This document shows positions 18,076 to 27,730 of a stretch of 64,000 bases of DNA, in pieces (the stretch's first letter is position 1; the number at the start of each line of letters is the position of its first letter). The translations under genes and the position numbers were made by a program. The notes under the pieces were generated by a model. That model was not told the origin of the DNA, searched no databases, and worked only from the letters and a program-made list of their open reading frames with translations. This stretch comes from an uncultured bacterium (lineage in GTDB: Bacteria > Joyebacterota > Joyebacteria > Joyebacterales > Joyebacteraceae): assembly GCA_964521425.1 (NCBI GenBank), contig CAZFRO010000007.1:50106-114105 (forward strand), written 5' to 3'.

Positions 18076-19673
18076 CGGCAGCCAGTTGCCCTGACCCTGA
18101 ACCTGATCGACTTGATGCGGCTGGGTTTCCAGGGGCTGGCCTTGATCAACTTGACATCGGTAATCTCTATCTCAACACTGAGCGGTCCCTTGGTGGTAGT
18201 GAAGACGCGTCCCTCGCGGGGGACCTCACCGTGCCTGCCTTCGACATCCAGTCTGAAGAGCGTCTCTCCTCCCCAGCCGTCGTTCCAGCTCAGTCGCCCG
18301 ATTATCTCCGTCGGATCCCCGCGCCTGCTCTCGGTGCAATCGATAGACATATATGCAGTCTCGCCGCGGCAACGCAGCTCCTCGAGATACGCATCAGACG
18401 GACGCTTCATACGGAAGTGGTCGTTCAGGAGCACGCCTCCCTGCCACTCGCCGCCCCACGAACCGTCATCCCACTGGTCATCGTATTGCGAACCACTATT
18501 CCACGACGTGTCGTTCCACGACCCATCGTTCCACGAACCACCGTTCCACGAACCCTCGTCCCACTCGTCGTCCCAATCGTCCTGCTCCCACAGATAGCCG
18601 CCCCAGTAGGCATCGTCCCAGTAGCCCGATGCCACCCTGAAGCTGACGGAATCGTACGCCCAGTAGCCCGGGTCGGAGTGCCAGTCGATGTGGACGGGCC
18701 ACCAGTCACTCCACGAGTTCCAGGACCCACCGACAACAACGCGGCCGCTGGGCTTGCCAGCAACGACGCGACCACGAGGTGAGGAGGAACGACCACCCTC
18801 AATCACCACGCCGGCGCGCCCGCCCCAGCCACCGATCGAGCCGTGGAACACCCATGAATGGTAGGTTGGAAGCCAGGCGCCACGTGAACCTCTGGGCCAA
18901 GGGAGCTCGTGAGCGCAGGCTACGAGCGTCTCGATGCCCCCCGGCCCAGCGATATGGAGGGAGTTTCTCCGATCATCCGGCACTCTGTAGACACGTCCCG
19001 GATAGACCCTAGATGAGCTGGACCACCTGTTTGGATAGAGAACCTCCACCCTTCCATCAGTTGTGTAGTCGAGTATCGTCACGTAGCAGGGTCGGTTGAC
19101 TCGGAAGTAGATCCATATTTCGTCCCCCGGTCGGTACGTCCCCCACTCACCACGATCCACCCACGTATCAATGCGAAGTCCACCGGGTTGGAAGTGGTAG
19201 TAGACCTCGTGCGTGTCGTGCCAGCCGCCCAAGTTGGGATTGTGACCAACGATGCGTCCCTGGCCGCCCTTTATCACGACGCCACCGTGCGGCACGGCTG
19301 GTCCCGGACCGCCCTCTATTACAACGCCGCCCCCTGGAGCCCCCGGCGGGTCCCACACGTGCTCAACGTTCGGATGTTTGGGAGGCGGAGGCTTATGCTC
19401 GGGCTCGACGGCACCGGTCCCCGGAACCACGGTAGGGTGCTTAGATCCAGCGGCACCCGTCCCTGGAACCACGGTGGGGTGCTGAGGTCCGGCGGCCGCA
19501 GTCCCCGGAACAACGGTGGTCTTCGGCGGATCCGCGGGGCCGGAAGGTCTTGCCTTGCCGACGGTCACGTCGGCATGAGCCATCGACGTAATGAGAACCG
19601 TGATGAGAAGTGCAGCTGCCAGAAGCCAGAGAATGGATCGGCAGGATGTCGGAAGTGCTATCACTCGTGTCAT
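18072..19673 (-). CDS. Secreted DUF4384-domain protein with Pro-rich and Trp/Asp-rich repeats
   Basis: Signal peptide (AHA-D); 14-aa TVVPGT repeats; DUF4384-like YRPGDEIWIYFRVNRPCYVTILDYTTDGRVEVLYPN; xxSWN repeats. Confidence 0.8.
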   Translation of the reverse strand: MTRVIALPTSCRSILWLLAAALLITVLITSMAHADVTVGKARPSGPADPPKTTVVPGTAAAGPQHPTVVPGTGAAGSKHPTVVPGTGAVEPEHKPPPPKHPNVEHVWDPPGAPGGGVVIEGGPGPAVPHGGVVIKGGQGRIVGHNPNLGGWHDTHEVYYHFQPGGLRIDTWVDRGEWGTYRPGDEIWIYFRVNRPCYVTILDYTTDGRVEVLYPNRWSSSSRVYPGRVYRVPDDRRNSLHIAGPGGIETLVACAHELPWPRGSRGAWLPTYHSWVFHGSIGGWGGRAGVVIEGGRSSSPRGRVVAGKPSGRVVVGGSWNSWSDWWPVHIDWHSDPGYWAYDSVSFRVASGYWDDAYWGGYLWEQDDWDDEWDEGSWNGGSWNDGSWNDTSWNSGSQYDDQWDDGSWGGEWQGGVLLNDHFRMKRPSDAYLEELRCRGETAYMSIDCTESRRGDPTEIIGRLSWNDGWGGETLFRLDVEGRHGEVPREGRVFTTTKGPLSVEIEITDVKLIKASPWKPSRIKSIRFRVRATGCR

Positions 19674-19761
19674 TGCAATCACCTCCTGGGGTCTTGAAGC
19701 GGTGTGTCACGATCCCATTGATCTCACCGCTGATCGTGCCCGTATCCCCCCTGCTCATGTT

Positions 19762-19791
19762 TTAGACGCGAGGAGAGAAGGGGTATTCACA
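19762..19791 (-). promoter_or_regulatory. ECF sigma promoter, copy 2
   Basis: TGTGAATAC-N14-CGTCTAA upstream of the DUF4384 gene. Confidence 0.75.
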
Positions 19792-19796
19792 AACAG

Positions 19797-19828
19797 ACCC
19801 GGCCGAACCATCGCTGGTCCGGCCGGGT
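19797..19828 (-). terminator. Hairpin terminator ending the sigma/anti-sigma operon
   Basis: Inverted repeat acccggccg...cggccgggt followed by CUGUUUG on the minus strand. Confidence 0.6.
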
Positions 19829-19902
19829 GCACATCTGGAACTGAAGAGCCTCCTGCTTTGATCCCCGCACACATGTCAGACATCGTCATGCCACGCGCGG
19901 GC

Positions 19903-20424
19903 CTACCCTCTTGCGGAAAGCGCTAGAATGAGTACCCCTCCATTGATCGGGGGACCACCCAGAAGCACCGTTCCACCGTTCTCGAGCCGAATCTTCGTCC
20001 TCAGGATGATCTCCTCCCTGGGCCGACCGTGTCCTGCTCCGGTCACCTCTGCCTGGAGATCCCTCATGAGTGTAACCATCATCTCGATTCGACCAATATC
20101 GTCCTTCTCAAACCGCTCGGGCCTTACCTCAAGCACGAAGTGCTCGGGGAGTTCCAGCCTGACAGGATCGCCGAACTCCGTCTCAGATCTGGCGTGGCTG
20201 AGGAACGAATAGCTGTTGTAGGCAAAGAGTGACTGAAGTTTCGGCGCAAACGCCTTGATCTTGGCGTCTATGATGGGACCGCCAGCTCTGGAGAGAGCTT
20301 CGGGGGAAACCGTTGCCGCGGCGATAGACGTCACCTCGATAGTCACGTCCTTCGCGAATGACGGCGAAGAGAGGGCCATCACGACGACCAGAGTTGTGAG
20401 AAAAGCCTTAGCAACGGTTCGCAT
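19903..20424 (-). CDS. Secreted hypothetical protein, third gene of the ECF module
   Basis: Signal peptide (SFA-K); beta-rich C-terminus LRTKIRLENGGTVLLGG. Confidence 0.65.
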   Translation of the reverse strand: MRTVAKAFLTTLVVVMALSSPSFAKDVTIEVTSIAAATVSPEALSRAGGPIIDAKIKAFAPKLQSLFAYNSYSFLSHARSETEFGDPVRLELPEHFVLEVRPERFEKDDIGRIEMMVTLMRDLQAEVTGAGHGRPREEIILRTKIRLENGGTVLLGGPPINGGVLILALSARG

Positions 20425-20519
20425 GGTATCCCTCGTGAGATTCACGCGTAAAACAACGCTTCACACATCTCCGTCGACATGCGTGTGCGTCAGCAACCAA
20501 CGAAACGGGCAACCACCAA

Positions 20520-21074
20520 CTACATCGCGCCGGGACCGTTTCCTCTGATACTCCCGTCCACCTCTTCGGCGAACACCCAGATGATTGTCATCTCGGGGTC
20601 GTTCGATGTGAAGGCCATCGGTGTGTAGCCGACCGACGGCGTCTCGATCGACTCAACGATACAGGAGTTGCCACCACCGGAACCGGTGAACCCGCCTATG
20701 ATCCCCAATGGACCAATGACAACAAACGCAAGCACGGCCATGGCGCAGACACCGGCCGCGGCAAGAGCCCGCCGGCGTGGGTCCGCGTGAACGGGCCTGG
20801 CTTCGCGAATCCGAACGGGCCGCGAGGCCTTCCTCTCCACCCTGTCGAGTTCCTGGGAGAGGATGCGGTCGAATCGCGCCCACTGCTCATCCGTGACCAC
20901 AGGCGCCGTCGGCGCCTCTCTCAGGATTCTATCAAAGCCCCGGATTGAGTCAAGCTCCCTCGCGCAGTCTTCACAGGATGCCAGATGTCTCTCGACCTTG
21001 CGAGTCAGCCTCTCGGATAGCTCGTTGTCGGCGTAGGCCGTCAGATAGCGCCCTATGCGGCAGGTCATCTTCAT
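20520..21074 (-). CDS. Membrane-anchored zf-HC2 anti-sigma factor
   Basis: C...LTAYADNEL...HLASCEDC motif, then one transmembrane helix. Confidence 0.85.
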   Translation of the reverse strand: MKMTCRIGRYLTAYADNELSERLTRKVERHLASCEDCARELDSIRGFDRILREAPTAPVVTDEQWARFDRILSQELDRVERKASRPVRIREARPVHADPRRRALAAAGVCAMAVLAFVVIGPLGIIGGFTGSGGGNSCIVESIETPSVGYTPMAFTSNDPEMTIIWVFAEEVDGSIRGNGPGAM

Positions 21075-21077
21075 CGT

Positions 21078-21707
21078 TTACTCGTTTCCAATATCCGTCT
21101 TCACATTAAGCCCCGCCTCCACGTACGGCTCGAGCATCGTTCTGAGCTTCTTTCGTGCGTAGTGCAGTCGCGACATGACCGTTCCTATCGAGCATCCCAC
21201 GACGTCGGCTATCTCTTTGTACGGCATTCCCTCTATCTCGTAGAGGACGAAGACGGACTTGTGATACTCGGGGAGCGCGTCGACCGCTTTCTGAATCTGC
21301 TCTCCGAGTTCCGATGTCAGAGCCTTCTTCGCCGGCCCTCTGGGAGGTCTGATCCCAATCGGTTCGCTGTCCGCGTACTCGGCGACCTCTTCAGGAACCG
21401 CCTGCGATGAGACTGATCGCGACTGTTTCCTCGTGTAGTCAATGCAGGTGTTGATCGCGACGCGGTAGAGCCAGGTTGAGAATCTCGAACGTCCCTTGAA
21501 GCTCTTGATCCCCTTGAACGCCCTGATGAAAACATCCTGTGCGAGATCCAGGGCGAGATCCTGGTCCTTGGCAAACCTGAATGCGACGGCGTAGACGATA
21601 TCCTTGTGCTTCGTTATGAGATAATCGAACGCCTCGCGATCGCCGGCCTGGCTCGCTCGGACCTTCTCAAGATCGAGTTCGAGTTCCCTCGGGTCGCGCT
21701 CAGGCAT
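21078..21707 (-). CDS. ECF RNA polymerase sigma-70 factor (RpoE/SigW-like)
   Basis: DLAQDVFIRAF, FSTWLYRVAIN and YKEIADVVGCSIGTVMSRLHYAR motifs. Confidence 0.93.
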   Translation of the reverse strand: MPERDPRELELDLEKVRASQAGDREAFDYLITKHKDIVYAVAFRFAKDQDLALDLAQDVFIRAFKGIKSFKGRSRFSTWLYRVAINTCIDYTRKQSRSVSSQAVPEEVAEYADSEPIGIRPPRGPAKKALTSELGEQIQKAVDALPEYHKSVFVLYEIEGMPYKEIADVVGCSIGTVMSRLHYARKKLRTMLEPYVEAGLNVKTDIGNE

Positions 21708-21724
21708 GATCCCTCGCAGCATCC

Positions 21725-21754
21725 TTAGACGGAGAGAGTCTTGGTGTATTCACA
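21725..21754 (-). promoter_or_regulatory. ECF sigma autoregulatory promoter, copy 1
   Basis: TGTGAATAC-N14-CGTCTAA directly upstream of the sigma gene. Confidence 0.75.
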
Positions 21755-21761
21755 GCGGCTT

Positions 21762-23117
21762 CTAGTAGCGTATCTCTCCGTACTCACTGAGCTTACGGGT
21801 CACGATCTCCTGGATCTCAGTGAGGCGTTCCTTGGTCTTGGCCTCGAAACGCATCACGATGACCGGCTGCGTGTTGGACGCCCTGACCAGGCCCCAGCCG
21901 TCTCCGAAGAGGATCCGGACGCCGTCGACGTCTATGACGTCGTAGTTCGCCTTGAAGAACTCTACGGCTTTCCTGACCATCTCGAACTTGATCGCGTCGT
22001 CGACTGTTTCACCGCGTATCTCCGGAGTCGCGTAGTACTTCGGGATCGTGCTCACCATCTGGGAGAGTGTCTCGTCAGTCCGTGACAGCATCTGGAGTAT
22101 TCTGCAGGATGCGTAGATGGCGTCATCGATCGGGTAGAAGTCGTCAGCCAGGACCATGTGCCCGCTCATCTCTCCCCCGATCGGCGCCCCGGTCTCCCGC
22201 ATCTTCTGCTTGAGAAGCGAATGGCCCGTCTTCCACATGGTCGGCGTCCCACCGTGCGCGCTGATATCCTCGATCAGCGCCTGCGAGCACTTCACGTCGA
22301 AGATGATCTCTGCCGGCCCTTTCGCAAGAACCTCCCGAGCAAGAAGCGCAAGCATCTTGTCGGCGAAGACGACCTCCCCGTTCTCATCGACCACGCCCAC
22401 GCGGTCGGCATCACCATCGTAGCCTATGCCGATATCGGCGCCGTGCTCCTTGACCGCAGCGATGAGATCGGTGATGTACTCCATCACAGTCGGGTCGGGG
22501 TGATGGCCCGGAAAGTCCCCGTCCGGCTCGCAGAAAAGCGAGATCACCTCGCACCCGAGTCCCGTCAGAAGGTCCTTGGCCACGAGACTCGCGCATCCGT
22601 TTCCGCAGTCCGCGACGATTCTAAGCGGGCGTTCGAGGTGGATGCGCTGACTCACCGCGTTCGTGTATGAGTCAAGGATCTCCGCGGTCGAACGGCCACC
22701 CTCCCCCGTCTCGAAATCGGCGTCCTCGATGAGCTTCCTGATCTTCTGGATCTCCTCACCAAAGACCGAGGCCTTACCCAGGTTCATCTTGAAACCGTTC
22801 ATGTCGGGAGGATTGTGGCTGCCCGTGATCATCATGGATGCGTCAACCGGGAGTTCGTACAGCGTGAAGTAGAGGGCCGGCGTCGGGACTATGCCGACAT
22901 CCACAACATCGATTCCCACCGAGTTGGCGCCCTCGGTGACAAGAGTCATGAAGGGTCTGGTCGAGTGCCGGACGTCCCCACCCAGAGAGATGGTCTTCCC
23001 GCCGTGCCTCCTCACGTACGTACCGAAACCACGACCGATGTCGCGCACGACGTCATCGGTAAGATCCGTCCCGACGACGCCGCGGATATCATACTCCCTG
23101 AAGATGTAGCTCTTCAT
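21762..23117 (-). CDS. Phosphomannomutase/phosphoglucomutase (AlgC-like)
   Basis: IFREYDIRG, ITGSHNP (phospho-Ser), DGDADR, GEMSGH and VRASNTQP motifs. Confidence 0.95.
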   Translation of the reverse strand: MKSYIFREYDIRGVVGTDLTDDVVRDIGRGFGTYVRRHGGKTISLGGDVRHSTRPFMTLVTEGANSVGIDVVDVGIVPTPALYFTLYELPVDASMMITGSHNPPDMNGFKMNLGKASVFGEEIQKIRKLIEDADFETGEGGRSTAEILDSYTNAVSQRIHLERPLRIVADCGNGCASLVAKDLLTGLGCEVISLFCEPDGDFPGHHPDPTVMEYITDLIAAVKEHGADIGIGYDGDADRVGVVDENGEVVFADKMLALLAREVLAKGPAEIIFDVKCSQALIEDISAHGGTPTMWKTGHSLLKQKMRETGAPIGGEMSGHMVLADDFYPIDDAIYASCRILQMLSRTDETLSQMVSTIPKYYATPEIRGETVDDAIKFEMVRKAVEFFKANYDVIDVDGVRILFGDGWGLVRASNTQPVIVMRFEAKTKERLTEIQEIVTRKLSEYGEIRY

Positions 23118-23129
23118 ATGGCTCCTCTT

Positions 23130-23732
23130 TCACTCTGCTGTATCGTTGTCTATCAGGTCTGAGTAACTCGGGTCTGAACTGAGACGGAGCGCTTTTCTGA
23201 TATCTACCCACCAGCCCTCAGAATTGACGCTCGTGAGTTCCACGCCCATCTTGGCTTTGCCCACTATCTGCACGGTCACAGTGACCGGCCCCCCACCCTG
23301 TCTGTCAAGCCTCGCATCGAAGACACCGAGTTCGTTCACCGATTCGAGATTGATGACGAATCGCATCGGGTCCCGCTTGCCGGACTTGTCGAAAACGTAG
23401 AACGCTGAGCGTGTGAGTCTGACATCGGCTCTGAAGGGCCGGGTTCTCTTCCCGTTCACGAAGCGGACGTTGACTCCCGACTCCTCCCGAACGATGCCCT
23501 CGTGGAGCGCGCCCTCGTCCCACTGCCTCCGCGCCTCAGCGGCCTTGCGTTTCTTCCAGATGGCACTCAGAACCGCGAAGAGCGGCGCCGCGCCGTACGG
23601 AATGGCAGAGCCCAGCTTGCTGATCAGCCTTCGGTCCAGCTGTATCACGTCGTGCTTGAGGAAGATGAAGTAGCCGACGGCAATCGCGGCAAGGGCATAC
23701 AACACCCATCGCTCGTCACGCTCTCCGCTCAC
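23130..23732 (-). CDS. Hypothetical membrane protein
   Basis: Two N-terminal hydrophobic segments; AAGGAG RBS; lies in an operon between trpS and the PMM/PGM gene. Confidence 0.6.
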   Translation of the reverse strand: MSGERDERWVLYALAAIAVGYFIFLKHDVIQLDRRLISKLGSAIPYGAAPLFAVLSAIWKKRKAAEARRQWDEGALHEGIVREESGVNVRFVNGKRTRPFRADVRLTRSAFYVFDKSGKRDPMRFVINLESVNELGVFDARLDRQGGGPVTVTVQIVGKAKMGVELTSVNSEGWWVDIRKALRLSSDPSYSDLIDNDTAE

Positions 23733-23822
23733 TGTCGTCTCTCCTTGCTTCGATGTTCCGGTCACTCCGCACGCGCCAACTTTCGGTCCACTTACTGAAG
23801 CGTTCACCAGCTGAAGCACCCG

Positions 23823-24806
23823 CTAGCCAAAGGTCAGTCCCATCCGGCTCTTGACCTCAACCATCGTCTCGCTGGCTATCTTCTGCGCACGGTCCGAGCC
23901 GGCCACGAGTATGTCCCTGATTGTGTCGGGCTTCGCCAGAAGCTCGATTCGCTTCTCTCTGAGTGGCCCTACGGCCTCCTCGATGTGGGCGAGCACGATC
24001 TTCTTGCAGTCCACGCAGCCGATGCCCGCGCTCCTGCATCCCTTGGCGCAGTGCTCCATCTCCTCAGGAGTCGAGAAGATTTTGTGGTAGCTGTATATGT
24101 TGCAGACATCGGGGTCTCCCGGATCATCGCGTCGCTTCCGCGCCGGATCCGTCTTCGCACTCCCTATCTTCTTGCCCAGGTCCTTATAGGAATCATCCAG
24201 ATAGATGCAGTTGTCGAGACTCTTGCTCATCTTGTTCTCGCCATCGAGACCCATCACCTTCGCCCCCGTGCCCAGTACCTCCGCCGGCTCCGGGAAAGTC
24301 TCTCCGAACGTCGCGTTGAACTTCCTTGCGATCTCTCTTGTGAACTCGAGGTGTGGAACCTGGTCCTCCCCCACGGGGACTATGTGTGACTTATAGAGAA
24401 GAATGTCGGCGGCCATGAGCACGGGGTAGTCGAAGAGCCCCATGCCGACCTCTCCCGGGGTCTGCCGCACCTTCTCCTTAAACGTCGGAATGCGCGACAG
24501 GCGCCCCATCGATGTCTGGCAGTTGAATATCCAAGCCAGTTCTGTGTGTTCGCTCACGCGCGACTGGAGCATGAGGATGCTCTTGTCAGGATCGACCCCG
24601 GCGGCAAGATAGCCGGCCGCCGCGTCCAGAATGCGGGTGGGCATGTCATTTGGATCGTACGGAGCCGTTATCGCATGATAGTCAACGATCCCGAAGATGG
24701 GCTCGTACTCATCCTGAAGACCCGTCCACTGCTTTATCGCACCTAGGTAGTTCCCTATGTGAAGCCGGCCGCTCGGTTGTATCCCACTGAAGAAGTGCTT
24801 CCTCAT
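23823..24806 (-). CDS. trpS: Tryptophan--tRNA ligase
   Basis: SGIQPSGRLHIGNY (HIGH), YPVLMAADIL, VPVGEDQ and KMSKS motifs. Confidence 0.97.
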   Translation of the reverse strand: MRKHFFSGIQPSGRLHIGNYLGAIKQWTGLQDEYEPIFGIVDYHAITAPYDPNDMPTRILDAAAGYLAAGVDPDKSILMLQSRVSEHTELAWIFNCQTSMGRLSRIPTFKEKVRQTPGEVGMGLFDYPVLMAADILLYKSHIVPVGEDQVPHLEFTREIARKFNATFGETFPEPAEVLGTGAKVMGLDGENKMSKSLDNCIYLDDSYKDLGKKIGSAKTDPARKRRDDPGDPDVCNIYSYHKIFSTPEEMEHCAKGCRSAGIGCVDCKKIVLAHIEEAVGPLREKRIELLAKPDTIRDILVAGSDRAQKIASETMVEVKSRMGLTFG

Positions 24807-24819
24807 CCGTATCCCTTTC

Positions 24820-27144
24820 CTACTCTGACTCGACGTCCTCTGCCTGCTCGAGATCGAGAATGAGGCCCCTCGCCTCATCACTGATCGGATTGGCATCCAA
24901 GGCATCGCGGTATGATAGAAGAGCCGCCTCGCTGGCGCCGTTCGCGGCATGGAGCATCCCTGCCGCAATGTGGAAGCGCTCCATGGCCCCCCGTGATGCG
25001 GTGCCGCCTGCGACAAGCTCCGACGCGACATCCAGGCTCAGGGCCGCCTCTTCGACGCGACCAAGCTTGAGCAGCACGATCGCGCGGTCGCTGTGTCCGA
25101 CGATATCAGTAGGCCTGAGCTCGGTATAGCTATCGAGGTGCAAGAGAGCCGCCGCGTCATCGCCGGCGGAGGTCTCGAGCCGCGCCACCCACAGGATATA
25201 TGATGCGCTGTCGGGACTGAGTTCGATCGCGCTTCGAAGCGCAGCGAGACCGTCGGTGAACCTCCCTGAGCGCACAAGCGCTTCGCCATAGCGATACTCG
25301 TACTCGGACTTGCCGGGGTTCAACAGTACGGCCGCACCAAACCCGTCTACTGCGGCGCCCCAACGATTGGCCAGAGCGGCACGAGCGCCCTGCTCGAAAT
25401 GAAGCCTCGCACGCTCGACCTGATCGACTCTGGGAATCACCTTTCGCGCGTCGATGACTACCTGAACGGGTTCAAGTTCGGCACTGAACTCGAACGACTG
25501 CGCGGCGCTCTCGATCGTCACCCACTCGTCGTACGTCCAGCCTCCGAGATCCACTGTCAGGGGAACCGGGGTCCTGAAGAACTCTCCCGTTTGCGTGATT
25601 GTTCCACGCACGAGATGGCCCCCGTGATCTGACACCGTCTCGTATTCAAGAACATACACGGGAAGCTCGGCTCGGTAGATCCACTCGTACAGGAACCAGT
25701 TCAGGTCCTTCCCTGAGATGTCGGAGAGAGCCCGGGCAAGATCGCGGAGACCTGTTGCCCCGCCGGCATGGTCCTGAGCGAGCGCTGTAAGCGTCCCGCA
25801 GTAGGCATCGTGACCCAGCATCTCATCGAGCATACCCATGACGGCTGATCCGCGTCCCCTCGCAATCCCCTTGTCGCAGTGCCCATCCGGGGCGATGCAG
25901 AGACTCAGAAGGGTCTGTTCTGAGGAGTCCGCCATCACACGAGCGAACTGACGGTGACGAAGCGCCCGCCTGAGCGCTGCCTCTTCCTCCCCACGAACAT
26001 CCTCCAGCCACCGGATCTCCGCGTGAGCCGCAATCCCTTCAGAGACGAGCGCGCCGGCAGAGATCGAGTGTCCCCACCAGCATCGAGCCAGCTCAAGGAT
26101 GTACTTGTCGGGAGATGGAGACCCTGCCATCCCGCCTTCACTTGCCGCTTCCTCAACGATTATGAGACCGGGACCGGAGACGGCAGGGACACCGAGCGCG
26201 CCGATGGGAACCGCGACCACACTCAGCCAATCGTAGGGATAGGGCCCGAGACAGGTCTCCAGGAAACGGATCGGCTCCTTCACGACCTGAGCCTTCGGGA
26301 CATGAACCTGTGTGCGGTACTCCGCATCCTGAGAGCCCGTATCATAGAACTGGTGATAGCCGAGAAAGAGATCGCCCACAAGTCCCCACGAGCTGTCGAG
26401 TCCACCGACAACAAGGGCAGCGGAGGAGATGGGAATGCTGGTCTGCCAGACATCCCCACCGGCGCACGAGCCCGGAACAACCACCGGCGTAGACGCCATG
26501 CCCGAGAGCGTCCCCGTGAAGAGACATGACTGACCGATCGGGTATCTCACCGTCGCATGAAATAGCGCAACGTCACCGTCCCGCGGCGAGGGATACCAGG
26601 CATCCTCGCCGGTGAGGATCACAAGGCCGCCGCCGCCGTCGCCCGGATCGTGTGCCAGAGGCACCAGACCTTCATACGCGATTATGAGTTCGACATCGGC
26701 GGACTCATTTCCACGCGCTCTTCTCGAGGCGCCCGCCGGTTTGAGAAGCACTTCCATCCTGCGACCGGTGCGATCGAAACCCAGGGGATCACCACTCGCG
26801 GTCGTGAGAGAGAGAACTGTGAGCGCTTCGTTGAGCTCGAGTTTCATGGTGGGACCGTTCACACGCGCGACCAGGCGGCACTTGCCTGAGAGCCATCCCC
26901 GCCCGGGATCCACGCAGACATCGATCCTGTACCGCTCCACGTCCTGAGTGGCCAGGAGGCTCGCGGTCCGGGCTATCCTGCCGTCGTCGAGGGCGAAGAG
27001 CTGTTCCAGGGCAGCCGGGATATGATCGGACATGGGTCCTGGAGGCGCCGCGCCGGACGGCAGCACCTGAGACTGCTGCGACGACGCTGCACCGGACATG
27101 AGCACGGTGAAGGCGACCATCACGGGCAGGAAGCATCTGATCAT
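24820..27144 (-). CDS. M1 aminopeptidase-fold protein with C-terminal TPRs; zinc motif degenerate
   Basis: Signal peptide; GPYPY; LELARCWWG in place of HExxH; SEGIA; WFLYEWIY; TPR helices. Confidence 0.75.
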   Translation of the reverse strand: MIRCFLPVMVAFTVLMSGAASSQQSQVLPSGAAPPGPMSDHIPAALEQLFALDDGRIARTASLLATQDVERYRIDVCVDPGRGWLSGKCRLVARVNGPTMKLELNEALTVLSLTTASGDPLGFDRTGRRMEVLLKPAGASRRARGNESADVELIIAYEGLVPLAHDPGDGGGGLVILTGEDAWYPSPRDGDVALFHATVRYPIGQSCLFTGTLSGMASTPVVVPGSCAGGDVWQTSIPISSAALVVGGLDSSWGLVGDLFLGYHQFYDTGSQDAEYRTQVHVPKAQVVKEPIRFLETCLGPYPYDWLSVVAVPIGALGVPAVSGPGLIIVEEAASEGGMAGSPSPDKYILELARCWWGHSISAGALVSEGIAAHAEIRWLEDVRGEEEAALRRALRHRQFARVMADSSEQTLLSLCIAPDGHCDKGIARGRGSAVMGMLDEMLGHDAYCGTLTALAQDHAGGATGLRDLARALSDISGKDLNWFLYEWIYRAELPVYVLEYETVSDHGGHLVRGTITQTGEFFRTPVPLTVDLGGWTYDEWVTIESAAQSFEFSAELEPVQVVIDARKVIPRVDQVERARLHFEQGARAALANRWGAAVDGFGAAVLLNPGKSEYEYRYGEALVRSGRFTDGLAALRSAIELSPDSASYILWVARLETSAGDDAAALLHLDSYTELRPTDIVGHSDRAIVLLKLGRVEEAALSLDVASELVAGGTASRGAMERFHIAAGMLHAANGASEAALLSYRDALDANPISDEARGLILDLEQAEDVESE

Positions 27145-27263
27145 GGAACCTCCGCAGCCTGAGCGGTATGAGACCGTACAACTTGGGCCATCTTAGCACC
27201 CTCGCCCCCGCTCGGCAAGGTCGCCTCAAGGCAAGCCGCCTTGACGAGCCCGGGCAACCCGTC

Positions 27264-27292
27264 TTGACGGAAGCGGGCTATGGCGTTATCAT
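27264..27292 (+). promoter_or_regulatory. Sigma70-type promoter
   Basis: TTGACG-N17-TATCAT upstream of iscU. Confidence 0.55.
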
Positions 27293-27325
27293 CAGCGTGC
27301 ACGACAGGGAAAGGAGTAGGGTTAA

Positions 27326-27730
27326 ATGACACCGGTATATAGCGACAAGGTGCTGGAGCACTTCAAGAATCCGAGGAATGTCGGCGAACTTGAGAATCCG
27401 GACGGGGTAGGTCTCGAAGGCAACCCCGTCTGTGGAGATCTCATGGAGATCCAGATCAAGGTCGAGGACAACCATATCACGGATATCAGATTCAAGACGT
27501 TCGGCTGCGGTTCCGCAATCGCCACGAGCAGCATGGTGACCGAGATGGCCAAGGGCATGTCTCTCGAGGATGCCCTCAAAATCACGCGGAACAGCGTTGC
27601 GACTGCTCTGGATGGTCTGCCACCTCAGAAGATGCACTGCTCCAACCTGGCAGCAGACGCATTGCACAAGGCCATCAAGGACTATCTGAAGAAGCAGGAG
27701 GCGGGCCCGGACGAAGACTCGAGCTCGTAG
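27326..27730 (+). CDS. iscU: Fe-S cluster scaffold, IscU/NifU N-terminal type
   Basis: YSDKVLEHFKNPRNVG, GNPVCGD, FKTFGCGSAIA and LPPQKMHCS motifs. Confidence 0.93.
   Translation: MTPVYSDKVLEHFKNPRNVGELENPDGVGLEGNPVCGDLMEIQIKVEDNHITDIRFKTFGCGSAIATSSMVTEMAKGMSLEDALKITRNSVATALDGLPPQKMHCSNLAADALHKAIKDYLKKQEAGPDEDSSS

Noticed and set aside
20418-20445. Fourth ECF promoter copy (GTGAATC at 20445)
   Set aside because: There is no CGTC -10 element at the required spacing.
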